Position numbers and translations under genes: made by a program. Source: Candidatus Rokuibacteriota bacterium (lineage in GTDB: Bacteria; Methylomirabilota; Methylomirabilia; Rokubacteriales; CSP1-6). From it: a stretch of DNA of 64,000 bases. The notes beneath the pieces are model-generated. The model did no database searches, was not told the DNA's origin, and saw only the letters and a list, made by a program, of their open reading frames with translations. Shown here one piece after another: positions 43,504-54,234 of the stretch. The stretch lies in assembly GCA_016866775.1 (NCBI GenBank), contig VGLJ01000006.1:50315-114314 (forward strand), in the 5' to 3' direction. Numbering within the stretch: position 1 is the stretch's first letter; each line of letters starts with the position of its first letter.

Positions 43504-44480
43504 AGCGGGCGAAGATCATCGGCACCGGCGCCTACGCGCCGAAGCGGATCCTCACCAACGCCGACCTCGAGAAGATGGTCGAGACCAACGACGCGTGGAT
43601 CCAGCAGCGGAGCGGCATCCGCGAGCGTCACATCGTCGACGAGAGCGAGGCCACGTCCGACCTCGCGCTGAACGCCGCGCGCCAGGCGCTCGAGCGCGCG
43701 AACCTCGTGCCCGAGGACATCGACTTCATCGTGGTCGGCACCACGACGCCGGACATGTTCTTCCCGAGCGTCGGCAACATCGTCCAGCATCGGCTCGGCT
43801 GCCGCCGCGTGGGCTCCGTCGACCTCCTCGCCGCCTGCGCCGGATCGATCTACAGCCTGAACATCGGCGCTAAGTTCATCGAGACCGGCAAGTACAAACG
43901 GGTGCTCTGCATCGGCGCCGAGGCGCTGTCGCGCATCACCGACTTCACCGACCGCGGCACCTGCGTGCTGCTCGCCGACGCGGCCGGCGCCGCGGTGCTC
44001 GAGGCGTCGGAGGACGGCAGCGGCATCATCGACGCCGACCTCTACTCCGACGGACAGTACGCGGACCTGCTGATCATGCCGGGCGGCGGCGCGCGCCATC
44101 CCGCCACGCGCGAGACGGTCGACGCGCGCATGCACTACGCGAAGATGAAGGGCAGCGAGGTCTTCAAGGTCGCCGTGCGCATGTTCGTCGACTGTGTCGA
44201 GACCATCCTCGCGCGCCACGGGCTCGGTCCCGACGACATCGACCTCTTCATCCCGCACCAGGCGAACCTCCGCATCATCGAGGCCGCGGCCAAGCGTGTC
44301 GGCCTGCCGATGGCGAAGGTGTTCGTCAACGTCGACCGCTACGGCAACACCGGCGCGGCGTCGGTTTACGTCGCGCTGGAGGAAGCGCTCGCGGCGGGGC
44401 GCGTGAAGAAGGGCGACACGATTCTGATGGCGGCGTTCGGCGGCGGCTTCGCGTGGGGCGCCGCGCTGATGCAGTGGTGA
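43500..44480 (+). CDS. fabH: 3-oxoacyl-ACP synthase III (FabH)
   Basis: [34 protein letters not shown]... with AACAG and FGGGFAWGA. Confidence 0.95.
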   Translation: [326 protein letters not shown]

Positions 44481-45403
44481 GACCCGCGTTTCTCTTTCCC
44501 GGCCAGGGCTCGCAGGCGGTCGGGATGGGCAAGAGCTTCTACGAAGCCTCGGACGCCGCGAAGGCGGTCTTCGAGGAAGCGAACACCGCGCTCGGCTTCG
44601 ATCTGAGGAAGGTCGCGTTCGAAGGACCGGAGAGCGAGCTCGCGCTCACCGCGAACACCCAGCCCGCCGTGCTCACCGCCAGCGTCGCCGCCGCGCGTGC
44701 CTGCGCGGAGCGCGGTCTCACGCCGAGCTTCGCCGCCGGGCACAGCCTTGGCGAGTACGCCGCGCTCGTGGTCGCCGGCGCGCTCCGCTTCGCGGACGCC
44801 GTCCGCGTCGTGCGCAAGCGCGGAGAGTTCATGCAGCAGGCCGTGCCCGTCGGCACGGGCGCGATGGCCGCGATCATGGGCCTCGAGCTGGGCGCCGTCG
44901 AGACGATCTGCAAGGAGGCGGGGCAGGGCGAGGTCGTCGAGATCGCGAACATCAACTCCGCGGGGCAGATCGTGGTGGCCGGGCATCGCGGCGCCGTCGA
45001 GCGCGCGGTCGCGCTCGCGGGCAAGAAGAGCGTGATGCTTCCGGTGAGCGCGCCCTTCCATTCGTCGCTGATGGCGCCGGCCGCCGAGCGCCTCGCGGGC
45101 GAGCTCGCGGCCATCGCCGTCGGCGACCCCACGTTCCCCGTCGTGCGCAACGTCGACGCGGGCGTCACGCGCGCGGCCGACGAGGTGAAGCCGTTCCTGC
45201 TGCGCCAGGTCGCGAGCCCCGTGCGCTGGACCGACTGCGTGCAGCGCCTGCACGCCGAGGGCGCGACCGCGTTCGTGGAGGTGGGGCCGGGCCGCGTGCT
45301 CACCGGCCTGCTCCGCCGGATTCTCGACGGCGCGCGCGGCCACAGCATCGAGGACGTCGCGGGACTCGACAAGGCGCTCGCCGCGCTGGGAGCGAGCGCG
45401 TGA
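44477..45403 (+). CDS. fabD: Malonyl-CoA:ACP transacylase (FabD)
   Basis: FLFPGQGSQAVGM...AGHSLGEYAALV. Confidence 0.95.
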   Translation: MRPAFLFPGQGSQAVGMGKSFYEASDAAKAVFEEANTALGFDLRKVAFEGPESELALTANTQPAVLTASVAAARACAERGLTPSFAAGHSLGEYAALVVAGALRFADAVRVVRKRGEFMQQAVPVGTGAMAAIMGLELGAVETICKEAGQGEVVEIANINSAGQIVVAGHRGAVERAVALAGKKSVMLPVSAPFHSSLMAPAAERLAGELAAIAVGDPTFPVVRNVDAGVTRAADEVKPFLLRQVASPVRWTDCVQRLHAEGATAFVEVGPGRVLTGLLRRILDGARGHSIEDVAGLDKALAALGASA

Positions 45404-46191
45404 GCGCGAATTCTTTGGAGATGGGGGCCACACAACTCAGGACCCCCCACCCCCCGCTCGAAGGCAAGGTGGCCGTCGTCACGGGAGGCAGCCGCGGCAT
45501 CGGCGCCGCCATCGCGGCGCTGCTGGCCGAGCGCGGAGCCGCCGTGGTAGTGTCGGCACGCGACGGCGACCGTCTCGCCGCGACCGTCAGGGATCTCGAA
45601 GCGACGGGCGCCGCGGTCGCCGGTGTCGCCGGTGACGTCAGCCGGCGCGACGACGCCGAGCGCGTGGTCGAGACCGCGCGCGAGCGCTTCGGACGCGTCG
45701 ATCTCCTCGTCAACAACGCGGGCATCACAAAGGACGGTCTGCTGCTCCGCATGAAGGACGAGGACTGGGACCGCGTGCTCGAGGTGAATCTGCGCGGCGC
45801 GTTCGTCATGACGCGCGCGGCGGCGAAGGTCATGGTTCGACAGAAGAGCGGGCGGATCGTCAACATGGCGTCGGCCGCCGGCGCGATGGGCAACGCCGGG
45901 CAGGCGAATTACTCCGCGTCCAAGGCCGGCCTCATCGGATTCACCAAAGCGACGGCGCGCGAGCTCAGCCACTGGGGCATCCTCGTCAACGCGGTCGCGC
46001 CGGGGCTCATCGAGACGGACATGGCGGCAGCCATTCCCGCGCAGGCCCGCGAGGCGCTGCTCGCGCAGGTGCCGCTCGGCCGTGTCGGAACCCCGCGCGA
46101 GGTGGCCGAGGTGGTAGGATTCCTCGCCGGTGAGGGCGCGACCTACATCACCGGACAGGTCTTTCACGTCAACGGCGGCTTGTACATCTGA
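45400..46191 (+). CDS. fabG: 3-oxoacyl-ACP reductase (FabG)
   Basis: [20 protein letters not shown]...NAGITKDG...YSASKAG. Start is GTG at 45400 or ATG at 45421. Confidence 0.9.
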   Translation: MSANSLEMGATQLRTPHPPLEGKVAVVTGGSRGIGAAIAALLAERGAAVVVSARDGDRLAATVRDLEATGAAVAGVAGDVSRRDDAERVVETARERFGRVDLLVNNAGITKDGLLLRMKDEDWDRVLEVNLRGAFVMTRAAAKVMVRQKSGRIVNMASAAGAMGNAGQANYSASKAGLIGFTKATARELSHWGILVNAVAPGLIETDMAAAIPAQAREALLAQVPLGRVGTPREVAEVVGFLAGEGATYITGQVFHVNGGLYI

Positions 46192-46201
46192 GGGAGCGTT
46201 C

Positions 46202-46438
46202 ATGGGGAAGTCAGTCGAGGAGAAGGTGAAGGAGATCATCGTCGAGCAGCTCGGCGTCGAGGAGGACGACGTGACGCCGTCGGCGAAGTTCATCGAGGAC
46301 CTGGGGGCCGACTCGCTCGACACGGTCGAGCTCGTCATGGCGCTCGAGGAGCACTTCGACATCCAGATCCCCGACGAGGACGCCGAGAAGATCGTCACGG
46401 TGGGTGACGCCGTGCAGTACATCAAGGACAACTCGTAG
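46202..46438 (+). CDS. acpP: Acyl carrier protein
   Basis: [19 protein letters not shown]...[17 protein letters not shown]. Confidence 0.95.
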   Translation: MGKSVEEKVKEIIVEQLGVEEDDVTPSAKFIEDLGADSLDTVELVMALEEHFDIQIPDEDAEKIVTVGDAVQYIKDNS

Positions 46439-46448
46439 AGGGACCACG

Positions 46449-47696
46449 GTGGTGGAGTCACGGCGCGTCGTCGTCACCGGGCTCGGCGCCATCACGCCGG
46501 TGGGCAACACGGCGGAAGAGCTCTGGTCGGCGCTGACGCACGCGCGCTCCGGCATCGGTCCCATCACGAAGTTCGACGCCGCCGCCTATCCGACGCGGAT
46601 CGCGGGCGAGATCCGCAACTTCGATCCGCTCGCCTACATCGACAAGAAGGACGCGCGCCGGCTCGATCCGTATCTCCAGTACGCCGTCGCGTCGTCGGTC
46701 CAGGCCGTCGCCGACGCCGGTCTCGATCCGAGCCGTATCGACGCCGAGCGGTTCGGCGTGCTCATCGGCTCGGGGATCGGCGGCATCACCACGCTCCTCG
46801 ACGGCGAGCACGTCCTGCTCCAGAAGGGCCCGGACCGCGTGTCCCCGTTCATCATCCCCATGCTCATCATCAACATGGCGTCGGGCCTCGTCTCGATGCG
46901 CTTCGGCGCCAAGGGCCCGAACTCCTCGGTCGTCACCGCGTGCGCCACCGGCAACCACGCCATCGGGGACGCGTTCAAGCTGATCCGCTACGGCGAGGCC
47001 GACGTGATGATCGCGGGGGGCGCCGAGGCGATGATCGTCCCGCTGACGATCGCCGGCTTCTGCGCGATGAAGGCGATGTCGACACGCAACGACGATCCGC
47101 GGAAGGCCTCGCGCCCGTTCGACGCCGGCCGCGACGGGTTCGTGTGCGGCGAAGGCGCGGGGATCGTCGTCATCGAGGCGCTCGAGCACGCGGTCCGGCG
47201 TGACGCGCGGATCTACGCGGAAGTCATCGGCTACGGAATGACCGGCGACGCGCATCACATGACGGCGCCCGATCCCGAGGGCGACGGCGCCGCGCGCGCG
47301 ATGAGCCTCGCGCTGAAGAGCGCCGGCCTCCAGGCGAGCGAGGTCGGCTACATCAACGCGCACGGCACGTCGACGCCCTACAACGACAAGTTCGAGACCC
47401 TCGCGATCAAGCGCGTGTTCGGCGACCACGCGCGCAAGCTCGCGATCTCGTCGACGAAGTCGATGACCGGCCACCTGCTCGGCGCCGCGGGCGGCGTCGA
47501 GGCCATCGCCACCGCGCTCGCGCTGCACCACGGTCTCCTGCCGCCGACCATCAACTACGAGACTCCGGATCCCGACTGCGACCTCGACTACGTGCCGAAC
47601 CAGGCGCGCAAGCAGGACGTCGAGGTCGCGCTCTCCAACGCGTTCGGCTTCGGCGGCACGAACGCGACGCTCGCGTTCCGCAAGTACCGCGGCTAG
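46449..47696 (+). CDS. fabF: 3-oxoacyl-ACP synthase II (FabF)
   Basis: [16 protein letters not shown]... active-site region [11 protein letters not shown] and HGTSTPYND. Confidence 0.95.
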   Translation: MVESRRVVVTGLGAITPVGNTAEELWSALTHARSGIGPITKFDAAAYPTRIAGEIRNFDPLAYIDKKDARRLDPYLQYAVASSVQAVADAGLDPSRIDAERFGVLIGSGIGGITTLLDGEHVLLQKGPDRVSPFIIPMLIINMASGLVSMRFGAKGPNSSVVTACATGNHAIGDAFKLIRYGEADVMIAGGAEAMIVPLTIAGFCAMKAMSTRNDDPRKASRPFDAGRDGFVCGEGAGIVVIEALEHAVRRDARIYAEVIGYGMTGDAHHMTAPDPEGDGAARAMSLALKSAGLQASEVGYINAHGTSTPYNDKFETLAIKRVFGDHARKLAISSTKSMTGHLLGAAGGVEAIATALALHHGLLPPTINYETPDPDCDLDYVPNQARKQDVEVALSNAFGFGGTNATLAFRKYRG

Positions 47697-47709
47697 CCCC
47701 GGCCATCCG

Positions 47710-48156
47710 ATGGCCGCGCTCGTCTCGCTCGAAGAGCGCCTCGGTCATTGCTTTCGCGACCGCGCACTGATCGAGCGCGCCCTCACGCACGCCTCGTGGG
47801 CCAACGAGCACGCGCCGGCGCTCGACCAGGAGCCGCTCGCGTTCATCGGCGACGCCGCGCTCGGGCTCGTCGTCGCCGAGCGCCTCTACACCGAGGGCGT
47901 CGAGCGCACGGTCGGCGTTCTGACGCCGGCGCGCGCGGAGATCGTCTCGGGCGTCAACCTCGCGCGGTGGGCGACGGACCTCGAGCTCGGCGCGCTGTTG
48001 CGTCTCGGCCGCGGTGAGGACCAGACGGGCGGGCGCACGCGCGAATCGATCCTCGCCACGACGCTCGAGGCGGTGCTCGGCGTGCTCTACCTCGAAGACG
48101 GGCTCGGCGCCGTGCGCACGGCGGTCGAACGGCTCCGTACGCGCGTGGTAGGCTGA
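47710..48156 (+). CDS. Mini-III-like ribonuclease III (catalytic domain only, no dsRBD) at the canonical rnc position
   Basis: 148 aa with the RNase III signature LAFIGDAALGLVVAERLY and catalytic E in TLEAVLGVLYLED. It terminates before any dsRBD. Confidence 0.7.
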   Translation: MAALVSLEERLGHCFRDRALIERALTHASWANEHAPALDQEPLAFIGDAALGLVVAERLYTEGVERTVGVLTPARAEIVSGVNLARWATDLELGALLRLGRGEDQTGGRTRESILATTLEAVLGVLYLEDGLGAVRTAVERLRTRVVG

Positions 48157-48160
48157 ACGC

Positions 48161-49303
48161 ATGCGCTTCTGGCCGAGGCGGCGGACGGCGCCCGCCCCTG
48201 CGCCTTCCGACGGCCTGATCCTCCTCGGCGACATCCTGCGCCGCAACGTCGACGACATCCTCGCGGTGTACGACAACGGCGAGAAGAACGGCGTCTTCCT
48301 CTTCCGCGGGCAGCTCGTGACCACGCCCGCGCGCGCGCTCGAGATCCTTCGCGATCGCTTCCGCCGCGTCGGCTACACGCCGTACCTGCGCGCCGATCGC
48401 GGCGGCGTGCTCGTGCAGGCCTGGCCGAGCGCGGGGGTCGAGGACCGCTCGCGCGTCACGCTCAACGTCGTCCTCTTCGTGCTGACGGTCGTCTCGACGC
48501 TGCTCGCCGGCACGCAATTCGTCGGCTCGCCGACGTTCGACGCGCTCCGGCGGGCCCCGTCGTGGTGGTGGCTCCTGAGCGGCGTGCCGTTCGCGGTCAC
48601 GCTGCTCTTGACGCTCGGCGTGCACGAGTTCGGGCACTACCTCACCGCGCGCCACTACGGCGTCTCGGTCAGCCTCCCGTACTTCATCCCGGTGCCGCCG
48701 CCGTTCCTCTTCGGCACGCTGGGCGCCGTCATCCGGATGCGCTCGCCCGCGCGCGATCGCAACGCGCTCTTCGACATCGCCGCGGCCGGCCCGATCGCGG
48801 GGCTCGTCATCGCCCTCCCGGCGTTGATCCTCGGCATCCACTGGTCGGCGGTGGCGCCGGTCGCGCCGGGCACGTGGGTCACGTTCGGCGACTCGGCGCT
48901 CACGCACGCGCTCGTCGCGCTGCGGTTCGGCGTGATCCCCGAAGGCATGAAGCTCTACACGCACCCGGTGTTCGATGCCGCGTGGGTCGGGCTCCTCGTC
49001 ACCGCGCTGAACCTGATGCCCGTCGGGCAGCTCGACGGCGGCCGCATCGCGTACGCGCTGTTCGGCACGCGGCACCGGATGGTCGGGATCGCGACGTTCC
49101 TGGCGCTGCTCGCCCTCGGCGCGCTCACGTGGTCCGTGAACTGGGTGGTGTGGGGCTTCTTCGTGCTGTTCTTCATCGGCTTCCATCACGGGCCGCCGCT
49201 CGACGATCTCACCCCGCTGACTCCGGGGCGTCGCGCGGTCGGCGTGGCCTGCCTGCTCCTCCTCGTGCTCCTCGTCCCGCCCATACCTATCGACGTCGGC
49301 TGA
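48161..49303 (+). CDS. Site-2 protease family (M50) membrane metalloprotease
   Basis: HEFGHYLTARHYGV (HExxH) and LDGG within a multi-TM core. 380 aa. Confidence 0.8.
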   Translation: MRFWPRRRTAPAPAPSDGLILLGDILRRNVDDILAVYDNGEKNGVFLFRGQLVTTPARALEILRDRFRRVGYTPYLRADRGGVLVQAWPSAGVEDRSRVTLNVVLFVLTVVSTLLAGTQFVGSPTFDALRRAPSWWWLLSGVPFAVTLLLTLGVHEFGHYLTARHYGVSVSLPYFIPVPPPFLFGTLGAVIRMRSPARDRNALFDIAAAGPIAGLVIALPALILGIHWSAVAPVAPGTWVTFGDSALTHALVALRFGVIPEGMKLYTHPVFDAAWVGLLVTALNLMPVGQLDGGRIAYALFGTRHRMVGIATFLALLALGALTWSVNWVVWGFFVLFFIGFHHGPPLDDLTPLTPGRRAVGVACLLLLVLLVPPIPIDVG

Positions 49304-49515
49304 GGCCGAAACGGCGGCCCGATCCCGCGTGACGCCATGTCACCGGGAGGCAGAATGTCATCGGCAACGCGGTTCGATTTTCCGGGTGTCTGGCGCCGGC
49401 TCCAGAGGCCGATGCGCTGGAAGTGATTGACCTCGAAGGGTTCCGCCCGTTTTTCCCGGCTCGGCACCGTCTGTGCACCCTTGGCGGGCCGCGAACGACC
49501 GGAAAGGGGGGCTTC

Positions 49516-50061
49516 ATGATCACGTGTCAGGCTTCGGTGGTGATCGTCTCACTGTTGATGGCGCTGGCGGTCGGCGGGTGCGCGACGCAGCAGTCCGCGA
49601 CGAACGATCCGTCGGCGACGGCGGGCTACCACAGCGGCGCGATGGGCTCGCGCCACGACGGGCCGGGCGGGACGTCGGGCATGGGCGCGAGCGCGCGGCC
49701 GCGGCTCAGCGACTTCATCGTCCATGACGACCTCCGCGACGTCCACTTCGCGTTCGACAGCTACGAGATCCGGGCCACGGACATGAGGATCCTCGAGAAG
49801 AGCACGCAGTGGCTCCGCGCGCACCCCGACGCCCTCGTGGTCATCGAGGGGCACGCCGACGAGCGCGGCACCAACGAGTACAACCTCACGCTCGGCGAGC
49901 GCCGCGCGAAGGCGTCGATGAACTACTTCGTCTCGCACGGCGTCGCCGCCTCGCGCATCACCGTGATGAGCTACGGCGAGGAGCGCGGGATGTGCCGCGA
50001 CAAGACCGAGAGCTGCTGGGCCAAGAACCGCCGCGCGCACTTCCGGGTGAAGGCAAACTAA
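49516..50061 (+). CDS. pal: Peptidoglycan-associated lipoprotein (Pal/OmpA-C family)
   Basis: Lipobox LAVGGC. OmpA-like region VHFAFDSYEIRATD...IEGHADERGTNEYNLTLGERRAKAS. Confidence 0.8.
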   Translation: MITCQASVVIVSLLMALAVGGCATQQSATNDPSATAGYHSGAMGSRHDGPGGTSGMGASARPRLSDFIVHDDLRDVHFAFDSYEIRATDMRILEKSTQWLRAHPDALVVIEGHADERGTNEYNLTLGERRAKASMNYFVSHGVAASRITVMSYGEERGMCRDKTESCWAKNRRAHFRVKAN

Positions 50062-50066
50062 GAACC

Positions 50067-50098
50067 GAGGGGGGGCTTCGACGGCCCCCCTCTTCAGT
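50067..50098 (+). terminator. GC-rich hairpin after pal (gagggggggc-ttcgac-ggcccccctc)
   Basis: The hairpin is seen directly in the sequence and is followed by cttcagtcc, a weak U-tract. Confidence 0.4.
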
Positions 50099-50110
50099 CC
50101 TCCGCGCGCA

Positions 50111-51593
50111 TCAACGTTCCGTGCAGCGGCACGGGACGCCGCGCGTTCGTCCCGAATTGCTCTCCGCCGCCGTGGGCGTGTATGTGACGTCGAGGGTCCG
50201 GGCGTCACGGCGCGTGACGGCCAGCACGGCGCGATTCGGCGGGACCGCCTTCACCTCGCCGCCCTCCACCGTGGCCGCGTAGACGCCACCGCCACGGTGC
50301 ACGCCGCTCGAGACGTGCGTGTAGAGAACGCCCGGCCTCGGCGCGCCGACGTCCACGGGCGCCCACGATACGATGCTCTCTCCGACCGTGCCGTACCAGA
50401 GACCGGCGAGGTCGTTTCCGCTCGTGACGAGCGTGACGTGCGCCGGCGGCTTCGGGACGAGGTCGCGCGCCACGGCGAGGCTGCCTTTCGTCGCGGGGCA
50501 CGAGAACGCGCCTGACGGCACCGTCGGCGCGGACAGGAAGGTCTCGAGACAGCGTCCGTAGCGCAGCGTGAAATTCCCGCCGGTGCCTCCGGCGTGGCCC
50601 TTCAGGCCCGCGGTCTCGTCGAGGAGGAGATACGGGCGCTCACGGTTCGCCAGCACCGGCGCGGCGGTGCGTCCCCGCTCGATGTTGCCGAAGAGCTCGT
50701 CCTGGGCGGGGAACACGACGACGAGCCGCTCGACCTTCGCGCGGCGCAGGCGCTCGTCGGTCGGTGCCTGCGTGCGGCTGTTGCCGACCGTCGTCTCCAT
50801 CCCAGGCGCCATCGCGATCGTCGCGAAGAGGTCGCTCGCGAGCGTGCCGACCTCGAGCGCCACGCGTCCGCCGAACGACTGGCCCGCGACGACGATCTTG
50901 CGATAGCCGCGCTCACGCTGCGCCTGGATCTCCTCCAGCACGCGGGCCTCGGCACGCCGGTACGAGTCCGCGCCTTCCGCGAGGTTGTGGCGGTTCAGCT
51001 TGATCACGTCCCACCCGCCCGACCGCAGCAGGCGGATGGCGAGCGCCGGCGGCGCCGTGTGCTGGACGAGCGTCCCGTGGATGCCGTGGTTCCAGATGAC
51101 GAGACCGCGCGCGTTCGACGGGGCCGTGCGGCTTCATGTCGCAGAAGCCGTGCTCGAGCCAGAACAGCCGCGAGCCGGGCTCCTGGCCGCAGCGGAGCGG
51201 GTCGGCCGTCATCCCGAGCTCCCACGCGTCCGCCCCCACGAGCTGGCGCGCCTGCGCGTAGGACTGCGCGATCACGTCGCCGTCGCGCACGAGCGGGAGA
51301 CACGGGACCCCGAGCTCGCGCTTCGCCGCCATGCGGCTGCAGGCCGTGTACGCCCCGTACGCGGACGACGCGCTCCAGCCGCACGCCGACCCCGACGGGC
51401 TCGAGGCGTAATAGAACTGCCCGATCGTGAAGAGCGCGTTCGGGGGCTCGCCGAGCGCGCGCTTGTTGAGGAGCTCACGGCATCCGGAGCTGACGCGGAT
51501 CTCGGCGTACGGGTCGGACGCTTCACTCGTGCCCGGCACGGCGAACAACACCAGCGCCGCGGCGGCGCCGCTCGCGAGAGGGATACGGGACAA
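50111..51593 (-). CDS. Secreted alpha/beta hydrolase (lipase/esterase, GQSFGG nucleophile) read across an indel at the GGGG run near 51120
   Basis: Possible TTG start giving signal peptide SRIPLASGAAAALVLFAVPGTSEA. N-terminal Cys-rich region, a frame switch, then VIWNHGIHG...VVAGQSFGGRVALEV. The N-terminal region is in frame with the upstream MFS gene with no intervening stop. Confidence 0.55.
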
Positions 51594-52793
51594 CAGGACG
51601 AGGCCGACGACGAAGAAGAGGCCGACCGCCAGGATCGCGGCGCGCTGATCGCCGCCCATCATCCACGACACGCCGCCGAAGACGAGCGGCCCCAGGACGG
51701 CGCCCGTCTTGCCGACGAGCGAGTAGAACCCGAAGAACTCGGCCTCACGGTCGCGAGGCACGAAGCGCGCCATCAGCGCGCGGCTCGCCGCCTGGATCGC
51801 GCCGAGGCCGCTCCCCGCGAGGATCGCCACCACCCAGAACTGCCACTTCGCGCGCACGAAGTACGCGATCACGACGACCGCGATCCACTGCACGAGCGTC
51901 ACCGTGATCACGAAGCGCGGCCCCTGCCGGTCGCTGGGCCGCGCCCACGCCGCCGAGCCCAGCAGCGCGGTGAGCTGCACGAGCATGAACAGCACGATGA
52001 TCTCCGGGAAGGTGAAGCCGAGCGTCTTCGACGCGAAGATGCCCGCGAAGAAGATCACGGTGTTGACGCCGTCCTCGTACACGAAATAGGCGAGCAGGAA
52101 CCGGCGCAGCGCGAGCCGGCGGGGCTCGGTGACGATCTCGCGCAGCGTGGCGAACGTGTCCAGGATGCCCCGCCGCACCGCCTGCGTGAGCGGCATCGGA
52201 TGGCGCGTGTCGGCGGGGAGCAGCACGAAGGCCGGCAGCGCGAAGAGCCCGAACTGCGCCGCCGTCACGAGGAAGCACGCGCCGTACCTCCCCATCGCCG
52301 CGAACGGGTACGCGGCGAGGAACGCCACCATCGATCCCCCATAGCCGACGGCGAAGCCCATCGCCGAGACGCTGCCGAAGCGCTCCGGCGGGACGAGCGC
52401 CGGCAGGTACGCGTTGTAGTAGACGATCGCCGCCTCGTACGTGACCAGCGTGAGCACCGCGAAGACGAAGCCGCGCACGACCATGCCCGGCTCGAGCGTC
52501 GAGAGCAGCGCGCTGCCCGCGACGGCGCTGAGCGTGAGCGCGACGAAGAACGGCTTGCGGACCCCCGCATGGTCGGCGATGCCGCCGAGGAGCGGCGACG
52601 TGAGCGCGACGATCACCATCGTCGACGAGCTGACGAGGCCCCACCACACGTCGCCCTGGCCCTGCGCGTTGCCGACGATGGCCTGCGCGTACCAGACGGG
52701 AAAGATGGTGGCGACGACGATGGCGGAGACGGAAGAGTTCGCGAAATCGTAGAGGCACCACGCGACGATCGCGCGATCGATCCGGCGGCGCAC
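51591..52793 (-). CDS. MFS transporter (UMF1-like). The 3' boundary is unresolved.
   Basis: ...RIDRAIVAWCLYDFANSSVSAIVVATIFPVWY... 12 TM. Probable GTG start at about 52793. The alternative ATG at 52841 would overlap the divergent start codon at 52840. Confidence 0.7.
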
Positions 52794-52839
52794 GGACGCA
52801 GGATGACACACGCCGCGGCCTTGCGCTACTATCGCCGCC

Positions 52840-54234
52840 ATGTCCGGCCGCGTCGACCTCCAGACGCTCGCGCAGCTCGTGCGCAAGGACGAGATCGACA
52901 CGGTGCTCGCGGTGTTTCCCGACGGGTACGGCCGGCTCATGGGCAAGCGCGTCGTCGGCCGCTACTTCCTCGATCACGTCGCCGAGGAAGGCTCGCACGC
53001 CTGCATCTACCTCTTCACCGTCGACATGGAGATGGAGCCGCTGCCCGGCTTCAAGCTCACGTCGTGGGAGCGCGGCTACGGGGACATGAAGGTCGTCCCG
53101 GATCTCGGGACGCTCCGGATCATCCCGTGGCTGACGAAGACCGCGCTCGTGCTGTGCGACGTCTACACGGAAGAGGGCGAGCCGATCGAGGAAGCGCCGC
53201 GCTGGGTGCTCAAGCGGCAGATCGCGCGCGCGGCGAAGCTCGGCTACACGGTGAAGACCGCGGCGGAGCTCGAGCTCTACGTGTTCCGCGAGAGCTTCGA
53301 GGAGGCGCGCGCGAAGCGTTACCAGCACTTGACGCCGGCGTCGGGCTATCTCGAGGACTATCACATCCTGCAGACGACGCGCGAAGAGCCGCTGATCCGT
53401 GCGATCCGCAACGGCATGGAAGCGGCGGACGTCCCGGTCGAGACGTCGAAGGGCGAGTGGGGCAGGGGACAGGAAGAGATCAACCTGCGCTACGCTGAGG
53501 CGCTGGAGATGGCGGACCGCACCGTGCTCTACAAGCACGGCGCGAAGGAGATCGCCTCGCTGCAGGGGTGCGCGATCACGTTCATGGCGAAGTACGACGC
53601 CGGCGCGGCGGGCTCGTCGTTCCACCTGCACTCGTCGCTGTGGGACAAGCGCGACAAGCCGCTGTTCGCGCCACGCGCACGCACCGGCGCGCCTGCGGCG
53701 CAACGACGCGACCCGAAGCAGTGGACGCCGCTCTTCGGCCAGTGGCTCGCCGGCCAGATGGCGATGGCGCGCGAGCTCGCGTACTTCTACGCGCCCGGCG
53801 TGAACGCCTACAAGCGCTACCAGTCCGGCTCGTTCGCGCCGACGCGCATCGCGTCCGGCTGGGACAACCGCACGTGCGGCTTCCGGCTGTGCGGGGAGGG
53901 CGGCGGCTTCCGCGTGGAGAATCGCATCCCGGGCGCCGACGCCAACCCGTATCTCGCGTTCGCCGCGACGATCGCCGCGGGGCTCCACGGCATCGAGGCC
54001 AAGCTGAAGGCGCCGAAGGCCTACGAGGGCAATGCCTACGAGGACGCGTCGCTCCCGCAGGTCCCGAAGACGCTGCGCGAGGCGATCGACGAGCTCCGGC
54101 GCTCGAAGGTCGCGCGTGCGGCATTCGGCGATCGCGTGGTCGAGCACTACCTCCACGCGGCGCGCCTCGAGCAGCAGGCCTTCGACCAGGCCGTCACCGA
54201 CTGGGAGCTCATCCGCTACTTCGAAAGGATCTAG
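52840..54234 (+). CDS. Glutamine synthetase family protein (GlnA-like catalytic domain, gamma-glutamyl-amine ligase type)
   Basis: 464 aa with a GS catalytic-domain pattern: ...NGMEAADVPVETSKGEWGRGQEEINLRY...RIASGWDNRTCGFRL... Confidence 0.85.
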   Translation: MSGRVDLQTLAQLVRKDEIDTVLAVFPDGYGRLMGKRVVGRYFLDHVAEEGSHACIYLFTVDMEMEPLPGFKLTSWERGYGDMKVVPDLGTLRIIPWLTKTALVLCDVYTEEGEPIEEAPRWVLKRQIARAAKLGYTVKTAAELELYVFRESFEEARAKRYQHLTPASGYLEDYHILQTTREEPLIRAIRNGMEAADVPVETSKGEWGRGQEEINLRYAEALEMADRTVLYKHGAKEIASLQGCAITFMAKYDAGAAGSSFHLHSSLWDKRDKPLFAPRARTGAPAAQRRDPKQWTPLFGQWLAGQMAMARELAYFYAPGVNAYKRYQSGSFAPTRIASGWDNRTCGFRLCGEGGGFRVENRIPGADANPYLAFAATIAAGLHGIEAKLKAPKAYEGNAYEDASLPQVPKTLREAIDELRRSKVARAAFGDRVVEHYLHAARLEQQAFDQAVTDWELIRYFERI

